Shown here piece by piece: positions 44,644 through 51,865 of a stretch of DNA of 51,865 nucleotides. The stretch's first letter is position 1; every line of letters starts with the position of its first letter. This DNA comes from a virus, in IMG/VR virus record IMGVR_UViG_3300035156_000063; one strand, given 5' to 3'. The notes below the pieces were generated by a model that had not been told where the DNA came from, searched no databases, and was given only the letters and a program-made list of their open reading frames with translations. The position numbers and the translations under genes are program-made.

Positions 44644-45710
44644 AATTGCTGTGGCTCATTATTTACGATCCATTGGGGAATTGGATTCTCACCCACAGGG
44701 TGCCTAAAAGGACGATTAGGAGGTTTAGGCAAAAGGCCCGCATCCATCATCACTTGCTGAATCAGCGCTGAATCTTTACGACGCCCTTGCCATCCATGTC
44801 CTTGTTCCCATTGATACCATCGCGTTTCATGACGAATAATCTGTCCGTGCTTTGGATTTTTAGGAATGTCCCCATCAATGATGGGCTTGAGCACTAGCGG
44901 TTTCACCTCTTCAGGAGTCCGATAGGAATGGGGAAGGTCCAGAGAGATGGAGTAACTGCTGGTGATATCCTTAGCCACCTTAGGATACATCAGAGGCTCT
45001 GCAAGCTCTTCGAGAACATGGCGCATGAAACCAACAGCGCCCTTAGCTTCGATGATAGCCAAGACATGCTTTGGAGATGGTTGTTGCATTGCGAAGGTGC
45101 GAATCTTACCAAGGATTTTAGTCCAAGTGTGAAGCACCTCTACATCCATGTTGCCCCGCATTCCACGGAATTCAATACTTCCGTACTTGTTAAGGGCGGC
45201 CATGTTGATTGCCGAATACCGCATGTTGTCACCAGCGTTTTGATAGCCGTATTCATTCTTGAACATCTCGCCCAATACCTGCAACATACCTTCTGCATCA
45301 CGAAGGCGCAGGCAGAAACGATTGCCCTTACGAGCCTTGCCGCAATAGGTCATCAGCGGCTCTTCCAACAACAAGTAGGTGTATACCATGTTGAGGATTT
45401 GGGGCATCGTCAGCTCTTGTACATTCACATGGACATGAACACTGGTACGGTAGCTGAAATCGAATTCCGCATTAGGAAGGCTTTTGACAAGCATTTGGAG
45501 GGCAGGGAGCACCTCTTCTTCCATCACTGGGGCCTTCATGACGAATTCAGCACGGCTCGTAGGGAACTCACCACGAAGACTCCCATCATCTTCAGTACGC
45601 CAATACTGATTAGTAACCTTTTTCATCCCTTGACCTTCGGCTTCGATTTCGATGCCGAACAGGCCGGGGATTGGGTTATTAAGACCCGCTAATTGGAAGA
45701 ATTTTTTCAT
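44640..45710 (-). CDS. Amidoligase (glutamine-synthetase-fold carboxylate-amine ligase), 356 aa
   Basis: GIEIEAEG, TEDDGSL, SVHVHVN and GSIEFRGMRG occur in the order I recall for the 'Amidoligase_2' family. Confidence 0.7.
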   Translation of the reverse strand: MKKFFQLAGLNNPIPGLFGIEIEAEGQGMKKVTNQYWRTEDDGSLRGEFPTSRAEFVMKAPVMEEEVLPALQMLVKSLPNAEFDFSYRTSVHVHVNVQELTMPQILNMVYTYLLLEEPLMTYCGKARKGNRFCLRLRDAEGMLQVLGEMFKNEYGYQNAGDNMRYSAINMAALNKYGSIEFRGMRGNMDVEVLHTWTKILGKIRTFAMQQPSPKHVLAIIEAKGAVGFMRHVLEELAEPLMYPKVAKDITSSYSISLDLPHSYRTPEEVKPLVLKPIIDGDIPKNPKHGQIIRHETRWYQWEQGHGWQGRRKDSALIQQVMMDAGLLPKPPNRPFRHPVGENPIPQWIVNNEPQQL

Positions 45711-46299
45711 AGTTGTTCATCAGAAGGGTTGTGAGGTGGGTAAAGGCGGGGTGGAACTCAATGGCATCTGGGCTTTTTGCGTTAAGCTTAACCATACCGA
45801 CATGCTGAGTTTTGTAAAACACATTGCCACGGTTGTCCACTGCGAACTGCCGATCAAAAGCCATAGCAGACACACCAGATTGTACTTCTTGCAGTGCTTC
45901 TTCGAAGCTTGGGTATTTTCCCATGATGCAGTCGCCAAGTTCGATGCAATCCAGCTCTTTAACCTTGGTCATGGCTTGCATGGCCCCACGAGGATATGGC
46001 AGCTCGGGGAGAGTTGCAACATTTAAGTTTTCCTTGCTCAAACCTGTCTTATAGCGCCGAATTGGGTTACGAGTCAGGTAAAGGCAAGAGCCTTGAATAT
46101 TAATGAAGCCCAGACGCTGCATTGGGGCGGTCCAGTTGTCTTCATCGATCTTGATGCGTGATTCCCGCTGAGTAAGCAGGTTCCTTACCAAGGCCGTGCA
46201 ATCCCGGCTGATGTGGATGATGTTGTACGGCTTGTTCTTGTACATGCTCACCGTGTTGTCGAACATCTGGCACAGGTCATCATGCGATGCTTTAGGCAT
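45679..46299 (-). CDS. Hypothetical protein, 206 aa, within the ligase island
   Basis: ORF overlapping both neighbours. No motif recognised. Confidence 0.6.
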   Translation of the reverse strand: MPKASHDDLCQMFDNTVSMYKNKPYNIIHISRDCTALVRNLLTQRESRIKIDEDNWTAPMQRLGFINIQGSCLYLTRNPIRRYKTGLSKENLNVATLPELPYPRGAMQAMTKVKELDCIELGDCIMGKYPSFEEALQEVQSGVSAMAFDRQFAVDNRGNVFYKTQHVGMVKLNAKSPDAIEFHPAFTHLTTLLMNNYEKILPISGS

Positions 46300-47083
46300 T
46301 TGGCAGCTCCAGTTTTTCTTTTTTGATGATAGCCATAGCGGCTTTCAGATCGCTTGTGTTGATGATGTTTTGGATGTCGCCATACTTGGCGGCCAGAGAT
46401 TCACCTTCCATCAGACGCTCGACGCCACGCTTTGCTACACGAAACACCCACTTAATCAACTCAGGGCTATTCAACCATGCGTTACTGAGGGTGCGATATT
46501 CCACACCATAGCTCTTGTAACGGCATGCACCGGCACGTCCATACATCTCACGGCGGCGGGTGTCTTGGTCGTAAACGAGGCTAGGAAGCCCCAGGAAGAA
46601 GTCCATCTGCTTGACCACTGCTGATGCACGATTGATGTGATTGACGTCGCTGGGGTCTTCTCCGTTCGTCCAGCCGATATGTACGTGGCCGCTTGCCGTA
46701 CGCATCGGTCGCTCACCATCCGGGCGAGGGTTAATATCGAGCGTGTAAGCGTTGAAGTCTGGCTCACAGCCCAATTCCAATGCTTCCTTAGGTTGGCTTT
46801 GCAAATACTCCAACGAGAAGTCGGCCACCGGAGTAGCAACAACTTCATAGGTTGGCACCATGGAGCACATGATGTCGTACACCGTCTGCACATTCAACAG
46901 GAATTCAGCTTCCGTTGCAGCAGGGTCGATGTTGAATTCAAGCGCCATACCGTCCACTTGGACAGCGCCACGAGATACTTTCTGAGGGTTCTTCTTATCC
47001 CCTTGGATAAGATTATGGGCAGAGCGGAAGATACCGTTCTGTTTGACGAACACTTCAGGGTCACAGCCGATAAGGATAGACAT
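46292..47083 (-). CDS. phiEco32-type COOH-NH2 ligase (GCS/GS superfamily), 263 aa
   Basis: IGCDPEVFV, ASGHVHIGW and YGVEYRTLSNAW are the Glu/His/Arg pattern of carboxylate-amine ligases. It resembles the phage 'COOH-NH2_lig' family as I recall it. Confidence 0.65.
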   Translation of the reverse strand: MSILIGCDPEVFVKQNGIFRSAHNLIQGDKKNPQKVSRGAVQVDGMALEFNIDPAATEAEFLLNVQTVYDIMCSMVPTYEVVATPVADFSLEYLQSQPKEALELGCEPDFNAYTLDINPRPDGERPMRTASGHVHIGWTNGEDPSDVNHINRASAVVKQMDFFLGLPSLVYDQDTRRREMYGRAGACRYKSYGVEYRTLSNAWLNSPELIKWVFRVAKRGVERLMEGESLAAKYGDIQNIINTSDLKAAMAIIKKEKLELPNA

Positions 47084-47101
47084 TGTAATTCTCCTAGTTA
47101 G

Positions 47102-48442
47102 TTAGCAAAGATTAACGTATTTCAAAACTTCTTCATCTTTAGAGCAGGAAGGGCAAATGCACTCCCCACCAGTTGTCCAGCGATTGCCACCAGCGAATTC
47201 CAAAGGCTGGCTGCAATAATCACAGGTCGAATACTGCTTATGGAACTCAGATTCCGTAATCAGCTTGCCAGCAGGCCCCATGATAGTTTCATCCAGCTCA
47301 GGCAAGATGAGGGCCACCTTGGAGGGATTGACCACATAGTAGCCGCGACCTGCAATGGAGTTGCCAGCATTCCAACCACAGATATCGGCGGTAATCTCTT
47401 CGCCAATCATTTCCCACAACATGCTCTTATCTTCGGCATACAGACGAATCTCGAAGGCTTCATTCGAAGCATCGAAACAGGAGATGTAGGAGTATTTCAT
47501 GTGGTCTTTGTTAGCGCTCAGAAGCTCCAGAGTACGGTCTTTGGCGTTAATGTACGAAGCATCGTAACAAGGGCGCGCCCCGGCGATGCTTGGTTCGAGC
47601 TTTTTTTGTGTGGCTACCGCCGGTTCCTCCTTCTTCAAGGTGATAGCGCAGACATTGTTAGCAGCAGGACGAGTGACATGCACCTTCTTCTGAGGGTCCC
47701 AGTAGGTGTTATTGTTCACAGGAGGTGCTGGAGGCAAAACATACGTACCTGGAGCTTTACGAGCAATTGGCTTGGAAAGCTTTCCATCTTTGCCAATGCT
47801 GATAGTTACATGGGTGTCTTCTGGGAGGATTTCGACATTCGTGTAGTCGATCCCAGCACGGCCCAATGCTGCATGCAACATCCAGTATTCGGATGCCCAG
47901 AAGATCACTTTCTCATCTTTGCTCATTGCGTAGAAGAGGGTGCGTTCCTTATTACGCAGGAGGTTCAAGCTCTCCATTTGCTTGTCCCACCACACCAGTG
48001 CCCATGCACCGTCCATGGTCGCCAGCAGGTCATGGAGACCGTGCAAATGCATGTGGTGATACAGGTTCTCGCTGTCCACCGTGAACTGATTGGCATCGGC
48101 CAGCTTCCATTTGTTCTTAAGGGTGCCATTGTGCACGCCTACGAAGCTGTCGTTCTCGAAAGGGTGTGCCGTAACACGGCTTACCGCCCCCGAGGTGGCG
48201 TATCGATTGTGACCGATGATGCAGCGGTGGGTTCCTTGCAGAGCCTTGTCATAGCTCTTGTGGTCGAACAGTTGGAAAGGATCGCCGACTTGCTTGGCAA
48301 TCTTCACATTGTTCGTAGCCCGAGGCACGACAGCGATACCTGTGCTGTCTTCACCACGAATGCAGTCCAACACCAACAACGTACGCAACACTTTTTCATG
48401 CTGCGCTGTTACTTCACCTGCCATACCGACGATACCGCACAT
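47102..48442 (-). CDS. Class-II (Ntn) glutamine amidotransferase domain fused to an unknown ~230-aa C-terminal region ending in a zinc ribbon, 446 aa
   Basis: MCGIVG (Cys2 nucleophile), GHNRYATSG, HNGTLKN and DSE. The C-terminus reads CDYCSQ...CICPSC. Confidence 0.8.
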   Translation of the reverse strand: MCGIVGMAGEVTAQHEKVLRTLLVLDCIRGEDSTGIAVVPRATNNVKIAKQVGDPFQLFDHKSYDKALQGTHRCIIGHNRYATSGAVSRVTAHPFENDSFVGVHNGTLKNKWKLADANQFTVDSENLYHHMHLHGLHDLLATMDGAWALVWWDKQMESLNLLRNKERTLFYAMSKDEKVIFWASEYWMLHAALGRAGIDYTNVEILPEDTHVTISIGKDGKLSKPIARKAPGTYVLPPAPPVNNNTYWDPQKKVHVTRPAANNVCAITLKKEEPAVATQKKLEPSIAGARPCYDASYINAKDRTLELLSANKDHMKYSYISCFDASNEAFEIRLYAEDKSMLWEMIGEEITADICGWNAGNSIAGRGYYVVNPSKVALILPELDETIMGPAGKLITESEFHKQYSTCDYCSQPLEFAGGNRWTTGGECICPSCSKDEEVLKYVNLC

Positions 48443-48469
48443 ATTGAGTCCTTGTTATCTAGATTTGGG

Positions 48470-48545
48470 TGCTAGTGGTGAGAATCGAACTCACACATTT
48501 CCCGGTCTTTTAGGCCAGAGCCTCTACCTGTTCGGCCACACTAGC
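48470..48545 (-). tRNA. tRNA-like gene with type-II-style D arm and aberrant anticodon arm (anticodon reads AAA in a 7-nt loop, or a 9-nt loop)
   Basis: - Perfect acceptor stem GCTAGTG/CACTAGC.
- D arm GCC-GAACAGGTAGA-GGC.
- T arm GTGAG-TTCGATT-CTCAC.
- Anticodon stem CTGGC/ACCGG with a C-A mismatch, loop CTAAAAG.
- 7-nt variable region. Confidence 0.55.
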
Positions 48546-48551
48546 TTTGAT

Positions 48552-48628
48552 TGGTCTCACCTACTGGATTTGAACCAGTGACCCACAGCTTAGAAGGCTG
48601 TTGCTCTATCCATCTGAGCTAAGGTGAG
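48552..48628 (-). tRNA. tRNA-Arg (anticodon UCU), CCA encoded
   Basis: - Acceptor stem CTCACCT/AGGTGAG.
- D arm GCTC-AGATGGATA-GAGC.
- Anticodon arm ACAGC-CTTCTAA-GCTGT.
- T arm ACTGG-TTCAAAT-CCAGT.
- 3' end ACCA. Confidence 0.85.
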
Positions 48629-48637
48629 GAATTTGTA

Positions 48638-49336
48638 TTACAGGTATTGCTTAATCTTCTTCAAGACACCGTGAGTCAAAATAGCCCCCGTATTAGCCTC
48701 TAGGAAGCGGTAGGATCCATCTTCTGCCACAAGGACATCAAACCCTACATAGTCGATGTCGAGAGCCTTAGCGGCCGTGATAGCGTCTGCTGCCACTTGT
48801 CCTTTGCAGACCGAGAAGGTGATGGGAACAAATTCCCAAGAGCCTAACTGGTCCACCTTCTTATAGACCGCCACTACTTTTTCGCAGAATACAACCACAC
48901 GAAGCTCTCTCACATGTGGAAAGTATTCTGTGAACAAGGCACCTTCTGGACAAGGGTTGCCCGAACCATCTTTTGGATACCAGTAATCCAAGTCCTTAGC
49001 TTGCGCACCATCCACTTCCTTGCGGACCACAACAGTCTCCCAATCCTTAGGAATGAGACGCTTGTTAGTTACGTAAGCTACCGTGGGCACACCAGCCTTC
49101 TTGAATACCTCGTACGTAGCCACTTTATTGATGCACGTCGCCACGGATTTGCTCTTGTTAATGACATTTTTAGCAACAATCTTTCGATTGCAACCGTAGT
49201 TAAATACGCCAAGGTATTCACTGAAGTCTCTCTTGTTCTCTTTGAAGGGGTTGCAGACATCCCAACCCATCTCTTGTGCGAGGTATTCAGCACTTTCTTT
49301 TGAGATGGTGGGGTGAATTACACAAATGTTAGCCAT
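48638..49336 (-). CDS. Second ATP-grasp ligase, 232 aa
   Basis: YRFLEANTGAIL (E-x-N) and ALDIDYVGFDVLV, with size and architecture like 43906-44643. Confidence 0.65.
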   Translation of the reverse strand: MANICVIHPTISKESAEYLAQEMGWDVCNPFKENKRDFSEYLGVFNYGCNRKIVAKNVINKSKSVATCINKVATYEVFKKAGVPTVAYVTNKRLIPKDWETVVVRKEVDGAQAKDLDYWYPKDGSGNPCPEGALFTEYFPHVRELRVVVFCEKVVAVYKKVDQLGSWEFVPITFSVCKGQVAADAITAAKALDIDYVGFDVLVAEDGSYRFLEANTGAILTHGVLKKIKQYL

Positions 49337-49344
49337 GATAGTTC

Positions 49345-49716
49345 CTAACGAGGCCGGAAACTCTTGATGTTATCCGGATGGAACTTACGCTGCGCCTTAG
49401 GCTTGGTGTAGATGTACATACGGCACATGTACATGTCATGAATCGAGCCGCCTTCTACCACTTTGAATGTGCGAGGGTTTGCCTTGGCATAGGCTTTCCA
49501 TGCATCCCAGCACTCCTCTTCAGCCGTAACACTAAACACCAGAACATCATTATCGCATTTATCACTGGCATGTTTGATGTATGCAGTAATCAGTTCGGGG
49601 GTGTTCATTGTATCGAACACGCTAAAGCGATTGGCAAAACAAGGTAGGTGATCGCTGCTTCTCTTCAAGTCCCACCAATCTTTTTTTACTGCTTTGAGAA
49701 ATTCATGGAGTTTCAT
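49345..49716 (-). CDS. Hypothetical protein, 123 aa, within the ligase island
   Basis: ORF with ATGA-type overlap with the upstream gene. No motif recognised. Confidence 0.6.
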   Translation of the reverse strand: MKLHEFLKAVKKDWWDLKRSSDHLPCFANRFSVFDTMNTPELITAYIKHASDKCDNDVLVFSVTAEEECWDAWKAYAKANPRTFKVVEGGSIHDMYMCRMYIYTKPKAQRKFHPDNIKSFRPR

Positions 49717-50333
49717 TATTGCACCCCAAGGAAACGTTGCAGAAGGCCTTTGAAATAGATCCGCATGCCCTGATATTCAGGGGAGTCGAATTCCGGGTGC
49801 GGCTGGAAGCACAAGCAATTGGTATGCTTGTAGTACACCACTTCGATGTCTTCCTTGCTGATGTCTTTGCGAGCAACACCGATGTCAAACCATTCCCGTT
49901 CACCACCAAGGGCTGCTGTAGCCACCAGAAGGGCCTCAGGAGACGGCATCATCATCTGGTGGTGGGTACTGCTGACGTACACCGTTTCGCCGCTCAAAAC
50001 GTCTGTAATGACGTGAGCACGGGTATGGCGGGTGACATGCTGGTACATACGACCACCAGACATTACATTGAGGAACTGAGCACCCCGGCAAATGCCGACC
50101 ATTGGGATGTCGTTCTTGACAGCGAAGTTGTAATATTTCACCTCTTCTTTGTCACGTTCCGGGCTGTTGCCGGTGAGGGCATGCATGAAGTCACCATACA
50201 GCTCTGGGCTGACGTCTGCACCCCCGGTGAAGATCATCAGGTCCGCTTCTTCGAGCTTGCTCGTGATAGTGTGACCGAGGCTTGCAAACAATTCGTAATA
50301 CTGGTTACTGCCATTGACGATGAATACGTTCAT
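49716..50333 (-). CDS. Class-I glutamine amidotransferase-fold protein / C26 gamma-glutamyl hydrolase-like thiol peptidase, 205 aa
   Basis: Nucleophile elbow VGICRGAQFLNV and a downstream FQPHPEF (His-x-Glu), matching the Cys-His-Glu triad. Confidence 0.75.
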   Translation of the reverse strand: MNVFIVNGSNQYYELFASLGHTITSKLEEADLMIFTGGADVSPELYGDFMHALTGNSPERDKEEVKYYNFAVKNDIPMVGICRGAQFLNVMSGGRMYQHVTRHTRAHVITDVLSGETVYVSSTHHQMMMPSPEALLVATAALGGEREWFDIGVARKDISKEDIEVVYYKHTNCLCFQPHPEFDSPEYQGMRIYFKGLLQRFLGVQ

Positions 50334-51523
50334 TTCTTGTGCTCCTTAATTGCTTGTTGAAGGGATTGTGCATACTTCTTGATGTCTTCTTCAGTGGATT
50401 TTAATGATGCATTCCACCCCGTACCAGTTTGAGTGCCCGGCAAATTCGCGTCAATGAATGTGGTAAATTCAAGACCTTTTGGGAGATTTCTCCCGTAACC
50501 ATCCCCCGCACCTACCGCAGCAGTCACTTCATAGCGCTCAGTGGATTCGTTTGATGGTTTCTTCCCTTTATCCGAGAATCCGTTAGCGAAGAAAGACAGC
50601 AGATCGTCGCTTCCAATGTTCTCTGACAAAGCACGATGACCAGAGGACATATGCTTCCTGATAAAATGGTGGACGCCCTTGGTAACAGTGCAGCAAAGAA
50701 GGTAAGCCACATTGCCGTCATACCCTTGGTCCAATGCCCAGTTGAACATCTCTAATTGTTGTCGATACTCAGTGCCTTCACGGAACACCGTAGCAGCCCC
50801 GATAAGCTGTCCCGGAGTCTTGTTGCAGTCAAGGGACAGGCCATGCTTCCAGGCGTCTTCTACGTCCTTTGTGATGAAGCAGGGGGCATATGGCGATTCA
50901 TTGATCAGCCAGTTAATATACGGTTTCGCCTGCTCTTCCTGACCCTCATGCTGTTTCTGGTAACCACGAGAGCTTATGGCAAATTGCATTCGAGGGATGA
51001 GGGGATCGTTAAAAGAAGCGTAGCATGGAGGGGACATGTAGAAATCGGGATCAACACGACCCTTACGAACAACTGCGAATTGAGTAACTGCCCCATTTCC
51101 GCTGGTCTTGGCTGCCTTCTCATGAAGGGCCATTCGCAGTTGTTCAGCCGTGATAGCTGCTTTCTCTGGTGGAGGAACAGGCACATCAGGAGCAGCTTTA
51201 ACAACTTCAAAGCGCTTCTTACTGAGGCCACCTGTTACACCTTCAACACACAGAAGGTGACCTGTGATACGACGCACCACATAGTCTCGCCCCAACGCTA
51301 AGGCGACCCCCTTTGCATCCGTGCACCGAACCACTGCACCAATGGCAAATTCGAGAGCCAAAGGCTCAAATCGCTCTGTTCTCCAGTAATAATAGCGGTC
51401 CTTATCTGTTCTGAACTTCAAATACTTACCATCACTAATTTTTACAACAGTAACAATCTCCCCCTTAGCAACAACATCTGCGTACGGGTCAGTGCAACGT
51501 ACCTTATCCCCCACTTTAAACAT
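50330..51523 (-). CDS. Hypothetical protein, 397 aa: two N-terminal SH3/KOW-like repeats plus an unknown ~270-aa domain; first gene of the ligase island
   Basis: Internal repeat VGDKVRCTDPYADVVAKGEIVTVV / IGAVVRCTDAKGVALALGRDYVV. The remainder is unrecognised. Confidence 0.6.
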   Translation of the reverse strand: MFKVGDKVRCTDPYADVVAKGEIVTVVKISDGKYLKFRTDKDRYYYWRTERFEPLALEFAIGAVVRCTDAKGVALALGRDYVVRRITGHLLCVEGVTGGLSKKRFEVVKAAPDVPVPPPEKAAITAEQLRMALHEKAAKTSGNGAVTQFAVVRKGRVDPDFYMSPPCYASFNDPLIPRMQFAISSRGYQKQHEGQEEQAKPYINWLINESPYAPCFITKDVEDAWKHGLSLDCNKTPGQLIGAATVFREGTEYRQQLEMFNWALDQGYDGNVAYLLCCTVTKGVHHFIRKHMSSGHRALSENIGSDDLLSFFANGFSDKGKKPSNESTERYEVTAAVGAGDGYGRNLPKGLEFTTFIDANLPGTQTGTGWNASLKSTEEDIKKYAQSLQQAIKEHKK

Positions 51524-51544
51524 TTCTACTCCTATTTATCAAAT

Positions 51545-51592
51545 AAATGTATAGTTTTGGCTTAAATTCCGATACTAAGCTATGTAAGCGTA
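51545..51592 (+). promoter_or_regulatory. Conserved intergenic element, copy B
   Basis: AAATGTATAGTTTTGGCTTAAATTCCGATACTAAGCTATGTAAG aligns with copy A. Confidence 0.6.
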
Positions 51593-51666
51593 AGCGGGCG
51601 CAGCACATAGTATGAATAACTATCTATATACTAACTACAATATACTAACTTACTCCTAATATACTA

Positions 51667-51849
51667 TTACAACCTCCTGTATTCAGGAAGGTTAGAAGGA
51701 CGGATGATATATTGGAGTTCGAAGTCAACAGCTTCGACGAACGTAGCGTTACGCTCTCGTTTGATTGAAGTGAGGAACCTGCGTTTCGATGAGTAGACCA
51801 GATTGAATCGGTATCCATCATCATGCAGGAAGACAGCGTCAATAGCCAT
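51667..51849 (-). CDS. Hypothetical protein, 60 aa; runs through the artificial window junction
   Basis: Its ATG (51849, equivalent to position 111) overlaps the stop of the 101-349 gene. This confirms genome continuity across the window ends. Confidence 0.5.
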   Translation of the reverse strand: MAIDAVFLHDDGYRFNLVYSSKRRFLTSIKRERNATFVEAVDFELQYIIRPSNLPEYRRL

Positions 51850-51865
51850 GATTGTACAACTTGCA
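51739..51865. repeat. Terminal overlap copy 2, identical to 1-127
   Basis: Direct comparison of the two window ends. Confidence 0.97.

Noticed and set aside
1-51865. Search for lysogeny or mobile-element functions (integrase, transposase, CI-like repressor, att sites), and for CRISPR, toxin-antitoxin or known defence genes.
   Set aside because: No ORF showed tyrosine- or serine-recombinase, DDE or HTH-repressor signatures by eye. The only nuclease-type mobile candidates are the HNH ORFs, and neither shows flanking evidence of recent insertion.

Overview
The window is a complete, circularly closed dsDNA phage genome. Bases 1-127 are identical to 51739-51865, so the unique length is 51738 bp. 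An embedded Rz/Rz1 spanin pair, a SAR endolysin and perfect DnaA boxes point to a Gram-negative host. No integrase or repressor is recognisable, so the phage is probably virulent.

Layout:
- (i) A short leftward early block of small genes (2644->1074) plus one rightward gene (439-915).
- (ii) A ~1.9-kb stretch with no credible ORF (2645-4561). It carries two perfect DnaA boxes, four 23-bp-phased iterons and many short repeated words.
- (iii) A rightward late operon (4562-31066): tailspike, lysis cassette, terminase, portal, tRNA-Gly, scaffold, capsid, tail tube-like proteins, a 1794-aa virion protein, a collagen-like tailspike and an SGNH esterase.
- (iv) A long leftward block (51849->31132). 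It holds T7-like replication genes (gp4-like primase-helicase, family-A DNA polymerase, gp2.5-like SSB, FEN), class-II RNR, ThyX-like, MazG and HNH genes, and an ECF-like sigma factor. There is no phage RNA polymerase.

The most unusual part is a ~7.6-kb island at 43906-51523. It contains two ATP-grasp ligases, two glutamine-synthetase-fold carboxylate-amine ligases, a class-II and a class-I amidotransferase-like protein, three unknowns and two embedded tRNA genes. It looks like a peptide/gamma-glutamyl ligation-and-removal toolkit whose substrate is unknown.

All functional calls rest on by-eye motif recognition. No database searches were run.
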